Source: Euprymna scolopes
Lineage: Eukaryota
NCBI GenBank assembly: GCA_053919585.1
Contig: CM132790.1
Length of the DNA stretch: 64,000 bases
Strand: one strand, 5' to 3'
The notes under the pieces are model-generated. The model did not search any database. It was not told the DNA's origin and saw only the letters and a list, made by a program, of their open reading frames with translations. Position numbers and translations under genes: made by a program. Shown here piece after piece: positions 1-11,558 of the stretch (the first letter of the stretch is position 1; each line of letters opens with the position of its first letter).

Positions 1-2631
1 TGTTCCCAGTCAAATTGACGCTTGAATATGCAGCTTCGTTCAGTGATAATCCGCCTCCCGTCTTTAAACTACAGTTAAAGACGGGCCTAATCTTGGTTAT
101 CGCAGTTGGATCGGTCTTGTAGATCCGCTGATGGGGTATCCACACGTACTGGTTGAATTTCTGAGATGTGACAAAGATTTCCTCTATGATGCCATCTTCC
201 TGCTGTAGCCGGAACACCTCCAAGTATTCATCGTACTTGTTCCTCCTTGTCAGGTCTGCAGCTACTCGGTCCAAGACACGCAATGACGTCGCGTGGGCAC
301 CCTGCTCAGTTTATCCTGATGCTAAGGGAGCTCTACATAATAATTACCCCACGAAGCTCAACAGTCTTCTCAAACTGCTCAATCAGTTCCTTATCGTAGT
401 CAGAAAACCCCTCTTGGTCCGGTATCCCTAGAGTCTCCAGGCTGACCATTCTCTCCAGTCCTCTTTGCACGGTGCTGTCCGGAAAGCAGTCCTCGAAGGG
501 ATCGAAGTAGGTCGGTTGAGCCTCCAACACAAAACACAGGTGGGAGGTGTCGACCTGAGGAGTGTGATCTATTATGGTGTTGAATGACAGGAGATTTACT
601 TCACAGGGAGAAACGTCATTCAAAGAGGAGGAGTCGACCCTCTCGAATGGCACCAATCCAGGCGCAATCGAAAAGGCCCAGCACCCCAGACACCGAACAA
701 GGTTAAATGGATCCAAGTGTTGAATGAGGTCTAGGCCAACCACCCCCTTAATGGTTATCAATTTAGAACCTGTCTCAAACCGGCCAGCCAATGAATAGCC
801 CGCCTCTCCCAAGGCTCGCAACAGAGACTGCAAATCGCGCAACCGGACCGACAAATCAATGCATTCAGACACCAAAACCGGACACCCTCTGGTATTTCCT
901 GAGCCCAAGTCCGTTTGCAGGATAACCTCCGTGAACTGTCGTTGACATTCTCCATGAAACGTGGATAGTTTAAGCTGGCGAAGGGTCCCAATGGACCCAG
1001 CAGGGCACAGTTCTTCTAATACATCAGCTGACAAATATGAGCGTCCGCTGCCAGTGTCCAACAAGCAATTCACTGAAACAGTTTTTATTCCGCAGTAGAA
1101 GGTGACCGACAATATGGGAGGCAAGGTTGTTGAGTATCCTGATGACTTAGCATATGTAGCATCTACACCAAATGAAGGAGTGACAGAAGTCCATTAATTG
1201 GATTTCCTCATTTCACTTCAGCTTGAGGCAGGTGGAGGAGGGAGCGAGGAACCAGGCCGGCCCTTCACCTGCAGTCGCTTAATGGCTTCGATTGTAAGCC
1301 CCAGAATGGATGACAATGGTGGTACTATCTTATTTGTGAGGGCTATTAATTCCCCCTTCAGGTCACATGATAGTTTCCCGAAAAGTACCTTTGCCATAAG
1401 GTGAGCCCCGCTCGAGCTGTCCACGGAAAAATCACACGAGAGAGAGTTACCCAGCTCCTCCAACAAAGATGCCATTCTGGAAACAAATTCTCCTAGTTCG
1501 GAGAGTGGTGCGTTCTTTGAAGGTGTGAAGTCCAATATGTCCTCGAATATCAGGTCAATAGTACTGTCAAGGTCCAAGAACTCGTTCTTGAGTACTGTCA
1601 TGGCCCGAGCATAATTTGCATCAGTGCAGCTGTAGTGACTGATCAACTGCAGGGCTCTATCCGTCAAGGAACACTTTAGGAAATTTAATCTTTCCGCATC
1701 AGTGGCCATGCTGGCCATGCAGTTCTCGAATCTGGTCAAGAAGTTCCAGAAACATAAACGGTCAGTCGCCACTTCTCGGCCGCTAAAGGTAGGGCCCGTA
1801 ATCTGTAGTTGAGGGGGGCTTGACAATGAACGAGGCAGTAGGCCTTCCAGGGATCGATGAAGTTCCAGAGCATTGGGGCTCTGATTCCAAACTGAGAGGG
1901 GGTTTAGGTAGCTTGAAGATTGAATCCAACTCCGCCAAAGTGTCCAGGTAATTACTCATCAGAGGTACCCAAAGGCTCTCGCTCTCAGCAAAGGTCCTCC
2001 CCTCGAGGCAGTCTAGTTGGCCCACACGTTCCCAATTCATCGGTCAGTTGCTCTATTTGCCTCCTGAGTACCTTGTATGTTGGAGGCTTTATGTCGCTGC
2101 GGCACTGTTTGATCCGGAACAGGATCTTCTGAGTCAGGGACTCCTTTAACAACATGAGATCATCCTTAGAGGAGTCCATCAGGATGAAAGTAATTGGATT
2201 CTTCACTTGTTGTATCGACCAATCCCCCAAATCCGATTTCTGTTGCGTGCTACTCAACTAGTGGCAGAAAAGGAAAGAGGGTCTCCTTTGTTAAAAAAAA
2301 AAAAATAATCCCGTTGAGGGGGGAGAGGGGTAAGTCGAGCGGAGGATCACGCTAGGTTGCAAAGGAGTCGCCCTTGCGACCCTTTCCTCAGTGTCAGGTA
2401 ACAGAAGAGCAGGTAGAAGTATATAGGTAGAAGTAGACAGTAGAAAGTAACTAAGTACCAAACTGCCAGCAGGAGCGACTAGACTTGTAACACTTGCTAG
2501 CCACACTGAGGCAGATTGGTTTGAGGCCACCTTTATAACAAAGGGAAAGCTCCTCTCACCACTCCTCCCAGTCTATAAATATTCTGCAACATGGCCGCCC
2601 GCGTAGGATTAGTTGAATGCTTCCCCAGACA
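1..2631 (-). mobile_element. BEL/Pao LTR retrotransposon copy 1 (5' LTR, gag, protease, start of RT; runs off the left edge; frameshifted)
   Basis: ORFs 1218-1826 (BEL-type gag, FWNFLTRFENC...LKCSL) and 333-1124 (aspartic protease LLDTGSGRSY). Bases 1-300 translate on minus to WIPHQ..IRPVFNC, the BEL RT N-terminus. LTR-like segment ~2291-2631 ends TTCCCCAGACA, like 16992-17002. Confidence 0.85.
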
Positions 2632-2738
2632 CGTGAGTACTCATCTCCACTTTTGTTTTTCACAATTTTCAAACATTTACGTTTTTTTTTGTTTTTACGT
2701 TTGTAAGAGAACATCCTTTAAGGAATACTCAAGAAAAC

Positions 2739-2931
2739 GGTACTAGTGCAGAGAGTGATCCGCGCTATTTTTTAAATCGTATTTCCAAGTTTAATTAAAG
2801 TTTTATGATATATTTTTTTATTCAATTGTAAGGTTGAAGTATAGGATAGGTACAAAACACCATCCCCTCCCCATTTTAAGAACGGCTTTTTAAATGTTAT
2901 TTACCTCCGGATCACTCTCTGCACTAGTACC
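2739..2931. mobile_element. MITE with 24-bp TIRs, Merlin/IS1016-like
   Basis: GGTACTAGTGCAGAGAGTGATCCG (2739-2762) is the exact reverse complement of 2908-2931. Flanks AAGAAAAC/AAGAAAAT form an 8-bp TSD with one mismatch. GG termini and an 8-bp TSD fit Merlin. Confidence 0.8.
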
Positions 2932-3109
2932 AAGAAAATACATGTCACTTAGAGTTAAAATGTTATCAACAATTGCATCCATTATGTGGTTTGGCAAGGC
3001 TTAATTGGCGGCAAAGTTCGTAATAGATTGCGCATGTTTACAAAATAAAAAAGTTAAAAAAAACTATATTTTGAAAAAAATAACAAAAACAAAAAAATAT
3101 TTTTTTATT

Positions 3110-3809
3110 TTTAATTTTTTTTTTACACAGTGATCGCCACTTATCAAGGCCCGGAAGCCACTCAGGGATAAGAGTTATTGCAAGTACATTACGTTAGTGT
3201 GGAGATTTGATGAAGTGTTTACTTAAGGGGACGGTTCATTAGGAATTTGTTAACATTGGACTTGAAGACATCCAAGTTGTAGTCCAGTGGGAAGCAGGCA
3301 GACGGAACAGAGTTCCACAGGCGTGCAGTTCTAAGAAAGAAGCTTTGTTCATGGAATCCGCGTTTTGATTTAGGCACAGATATAGAGTGGGAGAAATTTT
3401 TCACAGTGGATTCAGCTAGACGGGTGTTTTTCGTGAAAGATTGGCGAGGGGGGACCAGAGATTGGAGTTCAGACGAGCACCTGCCATGGAAATAACGATA
3501 AAACAAGGATAGGCTCGCAACGTCTCTTCTGTGGGAGAGAGGTTGCAGGGTAGAGAAAAGGGCATCTCCCACTAAGCCACGAAGTCTATTTTGTACTCTG
3601 TCAAGGCAGGATAGGCTGTTTTTAGCAGCTCCTGCCCAGATATGGCAACAGTATTCCATCCTTGGACGTACTTGGCTTTTATATAGATAGAGAATTGCAT
3701 CAGTAGTGAAATATCTTCTGGAGCGGTAGAAGGATCCCACCATCTTTCCAGTGACCTTGGCAACAGACTTTTGATGTACGTGTTCCATTTCAGATCAGGA
3801 GTAAAGGAC
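3110..3809 (-). mobile_element. CR1/Jockey-group LINE, 3' part (RT C-terminus, 3' UTR, A-tail), split by a Gypsy insertion
   Basis: ORF 3219-3788 LYLYKSQVRPRMEYCCHIW...HRRDVASLSLFYRY...RTARLWN; T-run on + at ~3110-3125; sequence resumes at 9284. Confidence 0.9.
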
Positions 3810-4092
3810 TGTTATATTCCTAAATACTTAGGAAATAAAGACAAACGTGAGTTACACCGAGTGGTATGTGTAATGGGGTTTATTTATAATACAGAAACGT
3901 AAGGCTGCTCGCCTAAGGTAAATAGAAGTACATAGTAACAAGTATGGGGAAGAAAGTCTGATAATCAACACGTAAGACTATCCGTCTTACTGCGACTGCT
4001 TGTCTGCCGCTGTCTGCCGCTGTCTGCCAAACAGTCCAATATATATATACAGTTTGTAACCGGTGTATAGCCAGTTATGTTCCTTCACAACA
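3810..4092 (-). repeat. 3' LTR of the Mag-like Gypsy
   Basis: TGTTATATTCC...CACAACA, identical to 9001-9283; PPT AGGGGGAGG on minus at 4093-4101. Confidence 0.97.
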
Positions 4093-5668
4093 CCTCCCCC
4101 TGAAGCTGAAATCTTCCTGATTTTAGCTTAAAATACCTCTTCCTTTTAGGGTCAGGGCTTAATCTCCTGGTAACTTTTCTCTTTCTTGCGCTTTTCCTTC
4201 TGGTCAGCGTTACCCGGGGTAAAGGTTTCTGTCCAGCCCGTATGGTCGGTTCAGGCGAAATATTCATTGTTTGCGGTACACACGCTGGTTTTGGTATATC
4301 AAAAATATCGCACAATGTTTCCATTGGTGTCTCTTCCACATTTGGAGACAGTCTGGGACGTATTTGATTTCTGTGTCTTTTGCAGACAAAACTTAATCCT
4401 TGGATGGTATAGACCATGCTCCCAATCCTTTTTTTGATAATACCTTCAACCCACTGATTTCGTCCATTTTGAAAATTTTTGAAATATACATTTTCACCTG
4501 GGGAGAAGCACTTGGTATTAAGGTTTTCTTTTTTGAAAACTTTCTTTTTCTCTGGTAGCAGCCTATCGAAGACAGATCTTATCTTTCTTGCAAACATTAG
4601 CTCAGCCGGGGAAGAATTGACATTATTATTAGGATTTGGTGTCACTCTGTAAATTGCTAAAAATGTTTGAATACATTGTTCGTCTGTGTCCGTAGTAAGA
4701 TTTTTCTTAAGTGCCCTTTTAAACGTATCTACAAATTTTTCGGCCAACCCATTCGATCGTGGATGGTACACAGGTGTTGTCATATGTAGAATATTTAGTG
4801 AGTCACAGAATTCTTTGAATTCATGAGCAGTAAATGCTGTTCCATTATCGCTCACTAAGGTTTTTGGCACTCCAAAACGGCTAAAAATTTCATTAAGCGC
4901 ACTCACAGTGTTTTTTGCTGTTGGATGTCTAAACTTAAATATTTCTGGCCATTTTGAAAAAGAATCTACAATAATCAAGTAAAAATAACCATTTATAGGT
5001 CCCGCATAATCAATATGCAGACGTGACCAGGGTAGGTCCGTCTTTGGCCATGGCGTCGTTTTTACTGGAGGATCTCGAGCTGCTAATTGACATCCTCTGC
5101 ATGTCTTGACACATTTTTCAACTTCCTTGTCCATACCAGGCCAGTACACATATCCTCTCATAAGGGATTTCATTCTCGAAATGCCCGGATGACCTGTATG
5201 AAATTCCTTCAGAATTTTCCTCTGTAACGTTAGTGGAATTACGATCCTCTCACCATACATGAGCACATCTTCACAGATGGAAAAAGGCGTTGTTTGATCT
5301 ACCTTTTTATTTTTTTTTATCCATCCCAATTGATTTTTCATTTTCTTAATGAAAATGTCATTTACTGCCTCTTTTTTTATTTTTTCGAAAGTTACCGGAA
5401 GTTCACGTATCATATTACACATTGAACTTGTACATTCACTTTCGTCTTTAAGCGCAGCAATTACCGTTTCTTCGAAACTTTCGCTTCTTTTAGGGATCAA
5501 CCGTGATAATGCATCTGCATGTCCTAACTTTTTTGAGGATACATGTTCCATCTTAAACTGATAGTTTAAGAGGGTTACAGCCCATCGCTGTAATCGATTC
5601 GCAGTATGTGTGGGAATGCCTTTCTTTGATCCAAATATGGTAAGTAGGGGTTTATGGTCGGTTTGCAA
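4085..5668 (-). CDS. Gypsy pol, 3' part: RNase H end plus integrase
   Basis: TDHKPL; HHCC zinc motif (H..GHPG...CRGC); HIDYAGP, VSDNGTAF, HPRSNGLAE core. The ORF reads through the PPT and stops inside the LTR. Confidence 0.93.
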   Translation of the reverse strand: MQTDHKPLLTIFGSKKGIPTHTANRLQRWAVTLLNYQFKMEHVSSKKLGHADALSRLIPKRSESFEETVIAALKDESECTSSMCNMIRELPVTFEKIKKEAVNDIFIKKMKNQLGWIKKNKKVDQTTPFSICEDVLMYGERIVIPLTLQRKILKEFHTGHPGISRMKSLMRGYVYWPGMDKEVEKCVKTCRGCQLAARDPPVKTTPWPKTDLPWSRLHIDYAGPINGYFYLIIVDSFSKWPEIFKFRHPTAKNTVSALNEIFSRFGVPKTLVSDNGTAFTAHEFKEFCDSLNILHMTTPVYHPRSNGLAEKFVDTFKRALKKNLTTDTDEQCIQTFLAIYRVTPNPNNNVNSSPAELMFARKIRSVFDRLLPEKKKVFKKENLNTKCFSPGENVYFKNFQNGRNQWVEGIIKKRIGSMVYTIQGLSFVCKRHRNQIRPRLSPNVEETPMETLCDIFDIPKPACVPQTMNISPEPTIRAGQKPLPRVTLTRRKSARKRKVTRRLSPDPKRKRYFKLKSGRFQLQGEVL

Positions 5669-8325
5669 AATAAAAGATCGTCCATGGAGAAATCGATTGT
5701 ACTTTGTAATTCCAAATATATCGACAGCGCCTCTTTTTCAATTTGGCTGTAATTTTTCTCCGCTGAAACCAACGTTCTTGAAGCATGGGCGATAGCTTTT
5801 GTCCTACCATCCTCATACTTGTGAAGTAATACAGCGCCAACACCGTAATCACTGGCGTCCGTTGCTAGTATTAGTTCCTTTTCTGGATTGAAATGTGCCA
5901 ATGCTAAGTCTGACAGTAGACATCTTTTGATATTTTGGAAAGCAGATTCACATTCCTTATTCCAGTTCCATTTAACACCCTTTTTCAGTAACTCGTTAAG
6001 AGGAGCTCTTAAATTATGTATGTTAGGGATGTAAATTGCATAGTATTGAACTAATCCCAAAAACGATTTTAATTTTGTCACTGAATCTGGAGCAGGCATC
6101 TTTTCAATTGCTTCAGTCCTTTGTGGATCCGGTCTTCGACCCTCTTTGTCGATTATTTGACCTAGATATTTAATTTTTTTCATAAAAAAATCGCATTTTT
6201 CTGGGCTCAATTTAAAACCAAATTCCTGTATTCTTTTGAATACTTCTTTTACATGCTTCTTATGATCTTGCAAATTTTCACTTTTAATTAGGATATCGTC
6301 AAGGTAGGCCATTGAAAATTCCAACCCTGCCAGCATCGTGTCCATAATTTGCTGGAAAATAGCAGGAGCAACCTTTAATCCAAAAGGAAGCCTCTTTAGC
6401 TTAAAAATGCCCTTATGAGTATTTATGCCTAAGTATTTGGAGCATTCATCGCTGATCTTAATTTGCAAGTAAGCATCTGAGAGGTCTATCTTAGAAAAAA
6501 TTTTTCCTCCGTTAAGCTTAGAGAACAGATCTTCTGCGGACGGAAGGGGATAATTATGGTCCAATAGACAGTCATTTAAACCCGTTGAAAAATCTCCACA
6601 GACCCTTATTCTGTTATTTTTTTTCTTTACATACACGGTTGGACTTGCCCAATCTGTGTGGTTAACTTTTTCAATGACTTCCAGTTGTTGAAGTCTATCC
6701 AACTCTTTTTCGATTGCGTCCATCGCTGAAAAAGGCACATTCCTTTTAGGTTTGAATACTGGAGTGGCATTTTTCTTTAATTCAAATTTTGCCTCTGTCT
6801 TAATACAGAGTCCTAGTCCTTCGGCAAAAACATTGGGAAATTCAGTTTTCAAATCCTTCAGGAAGTCTTCCCTTTGGTTTGCTTTTTCTGCAGTTAAAAC
6901 GTTACAAAACGAATTTATGGGTTTCTCCCATAAATTAAACAGGACAATCCAATCTACCCCAAACAGGCATGTATTCTTTCCTGGTACGACGTACACTTTG
7001 GATTTATGAGTCTGGTTAGCGAATGTCACTTTGCATTTTAATTCTCCCTTGAACTCTAATCTTTTGCCGCACACACTTCTCGCCGTCTTTCTGGTTTTCG
7101 TTAATTCAGGTCGACCTATCCTTTTCCATATATCTTCATTTATAATACTAATATCTGCACCGCTATCCAGAAGCAATGTAACCAGATGTCCATTTATCCG
7201 AACATCAACATATTTCCGTCTTTCGCAGCTTTTTTCTTTATTCATGCGAAGCGTATTTACATTATCGGTCCCTTGTCTTTTCTTCTGGGCACAGTATGTT
7301 CCCTTGTGACCTCTGAGACCACATTCATAACATATTTTGTTCCTAAACCAGCAGGTCTTATTGTTGTGTCTTAAACTACCACAACATTTACACTTTAGCT
7401 TTGGGTCTTTGTATCCTTTAAGGATCCTGTGTTCTTGGAACCTGGACTTTCTTGTGGTCCCTTGCCTTTTTACTTGCTGCACCTTAAAAATATTTTTCTC
7501 TTCAATGCGAGTGTTGTCTTTCTTTATGTTAATCAGACGTTGACACTCTTCAGTGACTTTTTGCAATGTTATGTTAGGATCCGCCTCCATAATTGTTAGG
7601 ATCCATGAACGTATATCTTTGTCCCTTGGTGCTGTGAGACCTTGTACAAAGATTAAACATTTAAATTGGTCTGCGGAAATTTCATTCAATTTAAATGATT
7701 CGCATAAACAGTTCACAGTGCAAGCATATTCTAGATAGTCTTCAGCTTCTGCCTTCTGAATGTTCAAACATTTGTATCTAGAGTGAAATAGGCTATCCCT
7801 TTTATCAAATATTTTCGACAAGGTACTAATTGTTTCCTCGAACGAAACCTCCTCCGGTTTTTTTGGTAGAATTAGATTTGCATACTTGGTGTTTTCATCA
7901 GTACCCAGTTTTTGTAGTAGCAGGGTAACTTTTTCCTCATCGGTCCAGTCTAAACATCTTTTCGTAAAAATTGTTTTGTATCTTCTGTAGTATGCAGGGA
8001 AAGTAACACCAGTATCCGGGGAGTAACGAAATTCCGTTAGTGAATTTGAAATACCCTCGGCAGAAAAATTAGTCTTCTTCCCGGTCGACGTTAGAATTAG
8101 CTTTTCTAAATTCTTTTGCTGTGTCGACATTTGTCGTTGTAGTATGTTTGTTTGTTCTTGTTGTGCCTCTAAAGTTTTTTGTGTTCTTTCTTGTTGCTGT
8201 TGCTGTAGCTGTTGTTGTTGAATTTGTTGTTGTTGTTGTTGTTGCGCTAAAAATTGTTGAGTCATTTTTGTCTGTTCCTGGATGCTAAGGGCTAGAGCCT
8301 TAGTTAACTCTGCTAATTGTTCCAT
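5575..8325 (-). CDS. Gypsy gag-pol, 5' part: gag with two zinc knuckles, protease, RT, RNase H start; one frameshift near 5716
   Basis: CKCCGSLRHNNKTC, CYECGLRGHKGTYC, LLDSGAD, LPFGL..AP, YLDD, TDASDYG, EKEAL; probable ATG (MEQLAE) at 8325. Confidence 0.93.
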   Translation of the reverse strand: MEQLAELTKALALSIQEQTKMTQQFLAQQQQQQQIQQQQLQQQQQERTQKTLEAQQEQTNILQRQMSTQQKNLEKLILTSTGKKTNFSAEGISNSLTEFRYSPDTGVTFPAYYRRYKTIFTKRCLDWTDEEKVTLLLQKLGTDENTKYANLILPKKPEEVSFEETISTLSKIFDKRDSLFHSRYKCLNIQKAEAEDYLEYACTVNCLCESFKLNEISADQFKCLIFVQGLTAPRDKDIRSWILTIMEADPNITLQKVTEECQRLINIKKDNTRIEEKNIFKVQQVKRQGTTRKSRFQEHRILKGYKDPKLKCKCCGSLRHNNKTCWFRNKICYECGLRGHKGTYCAQKKRQGTDNVNTLRMNKEKSCERRKYVDVRINGHLVTLLLDSGADISIINEDIWKRIGRPELTKTRKTARSVCGKRLEFKGELKCKVTFANQTHKSKVYVVPGKNTCLFGVDWIVLFNLWEKPINSFCNVLTAEKANQREDFLKDLKTEFPNVFAEGLGLCIKTEAKFELKKNATPVFKPKRNVPFSAMDAIEKELDRLQQLEVIEKVNHTDWASPTVYVKKKNNRIRVCGDFSTGLNDCLLDHNYPLPSAEDLFSKLNGGKIFSKIDLSDAYLQIKISDECSKYLGINTHKGIFKLKRLPFGLKVAPAIFQQIMDTMLAGLEFSMAYLDDILIKSENLQDHKKHVKEVFKRIQEFGFKLSPEKCDFFMKKIKYLGQIIDKEGRRPDPQRTEAIEKMPAPDSVTKLKSFLGLVQYYAIYIPNIHNLRAPLNELLKKGVKWNWNKECESAFQNIKRCLLSDLALAHFNPEKELILATDASDYGVGAVLLHKYEDGRTKAIAHASRTLVSAEKNYSQIEKEALSIYLELQSTIDFSMDDLLFCKPTINPYLPYLDQRKAFPHILRIDYSDGL

Positions 8326-8983
8326 GTTAGCTTCTAGTACAAAAATGTCTTTTCGAATTCTACACAATAATTCCAAAGAAAAATCGTAAATTTACGTATA
8401 TCGTAAATTAGTAGCAATATGCAGACACAACACGTTTCAACAAAGTTCATCCATAGTAATTCAACAGGCTTTGTAAAATAATTCTTTTTTTTTTTTTTTT
8501 TTTTTTTTCAACAACGTAAGTTCATACACAAAATATTTCTTACTTCCCACGACAAATAGTTCCAATTATTTATATAAAGGCAATAACAAACAATTAATTT
8601 TCCAAAAAAAAAAAATATATGGCTGCCGTTCCCACGTGGCATAAAATGGTACAATAGTCGTTGTATTTATATTTTTTCTTTCGAAACTCGTAATCCTTTA
8701 GTGTAGTTTCGAATTCAACTTGCGACCATTTTTTTTTTTTTTTTTTTACTTGTCAAAATAAATATAAATTCCACTTTACCTTGAACATGTTTCTATAATT
8801 TCTTGTGAGTTCTTTACGAAGAAAAATCCGTACTTTTCGCTACTTTAGGTAGGAAAAATTTTTAAATTCATTGACGCACGTGGTCAAAAATCCTTGTGTA
8901 GTTTGTTTTTTTCGTAAAACAAAAAAATCCTTGCATTGTACACAGTCCTTGGTACGGTAATTTATCTCTGTTAAGAGAAAGAA

Positions 8984-8999
8984 CATCCTTTCGTCGCCA
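8984..8999 (-). promoter_or_regulatory. Primer-binding site (tRNA-Ser-like)
   Basis: TGGCGACGAAAGGATG one base after the 5' LTR; resembles the complement of the tRNA-Ser(GCT) 3' end, typical of Mag elements. Confidence 0.8.
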
Positions 9000-9000
9000 T

Positions 9001-9283
9001 TGTTATATTCCTAAATACTTAGGAAATAAAGACAAACGTGAGTTACACCGAGTGGTATGTGTAATGGGGTTTATTTATAATACAGAAACGTAAGGCTGCT
9101 CGCCTAAGGTAAATAGAAGTACATAGTAACAAGTATGGGGAAGAAAGTCTGATAATCAACACGTAAGACTATCCGTCTTACTGCGACTGCTTGTCTGCCG
9201 CTGTCTGCCGCTGTCTGCCAAACAGTCCAATATATATATACAGTTTGTAACCGGTGTATAGCCAGTTATGTTCCTTCACAACA
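9001..9283 (-). repeat. 5' LTR of the Mag-like Gypsy
   Basis: Identical to 3810-4092; followed by TSD AGGAC. Confidence 0.97.
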
Positions 9284-9810
9284 AGGACAAACCCAGAAGC
9301 TTGTCAAAACACGGGGCCTCACCCAGATGAGAGCCATCCATCACAATTGATGCCAGATGGGGATCAGAGCGTTGATGATGTAAGGATAGGAGTTTGGTTT
9401 TGGATGCATTAAAGGTAACCAGCCACCTCTTCCCCCACTGAACCACACGCTCGAGATCAGAGGAGAGAGAATCAGAGAGAACTTCGTCATTTACAGCCTT
9501 TGATGTGTTGCCATAGATGGTCGTGTCATCAGCATAGATGTCAACAAATGATTTAAGTATGTGTTTAGGGAGGTCATTGATGTAGATCAGGAAGAGAGTT
9601 GGGCCTAGGATTGACCCCTGAGGGACTCCAGCATTTATATTGCAGGCCTCCGATTTTTGTCCATCAACCACTACTCTTATGAGCCTATCGGAGAGAAATG
9701 ATTTAATGATTGAGAAAACATTTCCAGTTATACCGTAGCTGGAAATCTTGTGAAGTAGACCCTTATGCCATACCTTGTCGAAGGCCCTTATGCCATACCT
9801 TGTCGAAGGC
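9284..9810 (-). mobile_element. CR1/Jockey-group LINE, 5'-truncated RT core (continuation of 3110-3809)
   Basis: AFDKVWH, GVPQGSILGPTLFLIYINDL, YADD motifs. Confidence 0.92.
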
Positions 9811-9812
9811 CC

Positions 9813-10110
9813 TATGTTTGCAAAAAAAGAAAAAACGTAAATGTGTTTGAAAAAAAACAAAAAAGAAACGTAAATGTTTCCAAAACCAAACAACAACAAA
9901 AAAATATGAAAAACGAAAAAAAAACGTAAATGTTTGAAAATAAACACGCAACAAAACGTAAATATGTTTGAAAAAATAAAACTTAAATGTTTGCAAAAAC
10001 AAAAAAAAAAAAACGTAAGTCTGTTTGAAAAAAAAAAAAACAACTTAAATATGTTTGCAAAAAAAACCCAGAAAAAAACATGTTTAAAGTTAAAATATAA
10101 CAAAAACATT
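9813..10110. repeat. A-rich minisatellite, unit ~AAAACGTAAATGTTTGAAAA
   Basis: About 10 degenerate units; related units at ~3033-3095 and in inverted orientation at ~2665-2705. Confidence 0.8.
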
Positions 10111-10704
10111 TATTTTTATTTCAAGGGTGCCATTATATACATTTTGTGCTTCCATAACTGGGTGGACAGACAGTAACGCCACCTATAGTTAAACGGAGGA
10201 AACGGGCTCTCTCTTCCAGATTACCAATTTCTTCATTTTCTTAATTACATTAATTTTTTCACTTAATTATATTCATTTTTTTTTTCAACTTTCTCACTAA
10301 AATGCGCCCACGAGTGTAGTCACTTGACCTTTTACAAGGTGCATGAATACATGGCACACATTTTAAATGACAAGAAATATTTTTCATAAAATAAAGTTTT
10401 CACCTCATTTAAGAGTAAAAATATTGCTATCAGTGGTTTACAAAAGCATATTTTATGTTTTTCGTTCTTTTTTTTGGGGGGAGGAGGTATTCAATTATAG
10501 AACTTGTGAAGTTTATCAGGTGCTTCTGTGCTTCTGCAGTTTAATTAACCATTTTTCCATGGAGGGGCGGGGGTGTGTTGTGCCGCCCCCCCCAAAAAGA
10601 ACGAAAACACGAAATATGCTTTGTAAACCGCTTGTGAAAACTTTTTTTTTTTTTTTTTTTAGATAAATTAAAAGGGGTTAATACCATGTAAACCGTAAGT
10701 TTTT

Positions 10705-11558
10705 CTTTTTTTTTTACATAGGCATCACCACGTATCAAGGCCAAGAGGCCACTCAAGGATAAGGGTTAAAGAGTGTACAGTAGACATTGGACAATATAGT
10801 AATCATTAGTAATGAAAATTTGGTAAATTTGATAACTTCTATAGAACGGCTCATCAAGAACTTATTTACGTTAGACTTGAACGCAACCATATTGTAGTCA
10901 GCCGGAAAGCAGGAAAACGGAAGACAATTCCACAGGCGTGCAGTTCTAAGAAAGAAGCTTTTTTCATGGAATCTACGTTTAGGTTTAGGCACAGATAAAG
11001 AGTGGGGGGAATTATTGATAGTGTGTACAGCTAGACGAGTGTTTCTTGTGAAAGTTTGGCGAATGGGGACCATAGATTGAAGCTCAGTTCAACACCTTCC
11101 ATGAAAATAATGATACATCAGAGACAAACTCGCAACATCTCTTCTGTGGGATAGAGGTTGCAAGGAAGAGAAGAGGCTACGAAGTCTATTTTGAATTCTA
11201 TCAAGGCAGGACAAGTCCTTTCTAGCAGCTCCTGCCCAGATGTGGTAAAAATATTCCATCCTTGGACATACCTGGCTCTTATATAGATAGAGAATAGCAT
11301 CAGCAGTGAGATATTTATCGGATCGATAGAAAGATCCCACCATTTTTCCAGTGGCCTTGGCAACAGATTTGATGTACGTGTTCCATTTAAGATCAGGAGT
11401 AAAGGTCAAGCCCAGAAGCTTGTCAAAACTTAAGGCCTCCTGAAGACGAGAGCCATTCATTTCAATTGATGCCAGATGTGGATCAGAATGTTGATGTAAA
11501 GAGAGAGAAGCTTGGTTTTAGATGCATTAAAAGTAACCAGCCACTCCTTTCCCCATTG
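10705..11558 (-). mobile_element. 5'-truncated CR1/Jockey-group LINE copy
   Basis: ORFs 11089-11460 and 10753-11073 homologous to 3219-3788; conserved 3' tail and A-run. Confidence 0.9.

Larger units (their letters stand above)
3810..9283 (-). mobile_element. Full-length young Ty3/Gypsy (Mag-like) LTR retrotransposon
   Basis: Identical 283-bp TG..CA LTRs at 3810-4092 and 9001-9283. TSD AGGAC at 3805-3809 and 9284-9288. PBS, PPT and gag-PR-RT-RH-IN order all present. Confidence 0.97.

Noticed and set aside
9813-10109. Hydrophobic Phe-rich N-terminus of ORF 9276-10109 as a membrane domain fused to RT
   Set aside because: It is the translation of the minisatellite next to a truncated LINE.
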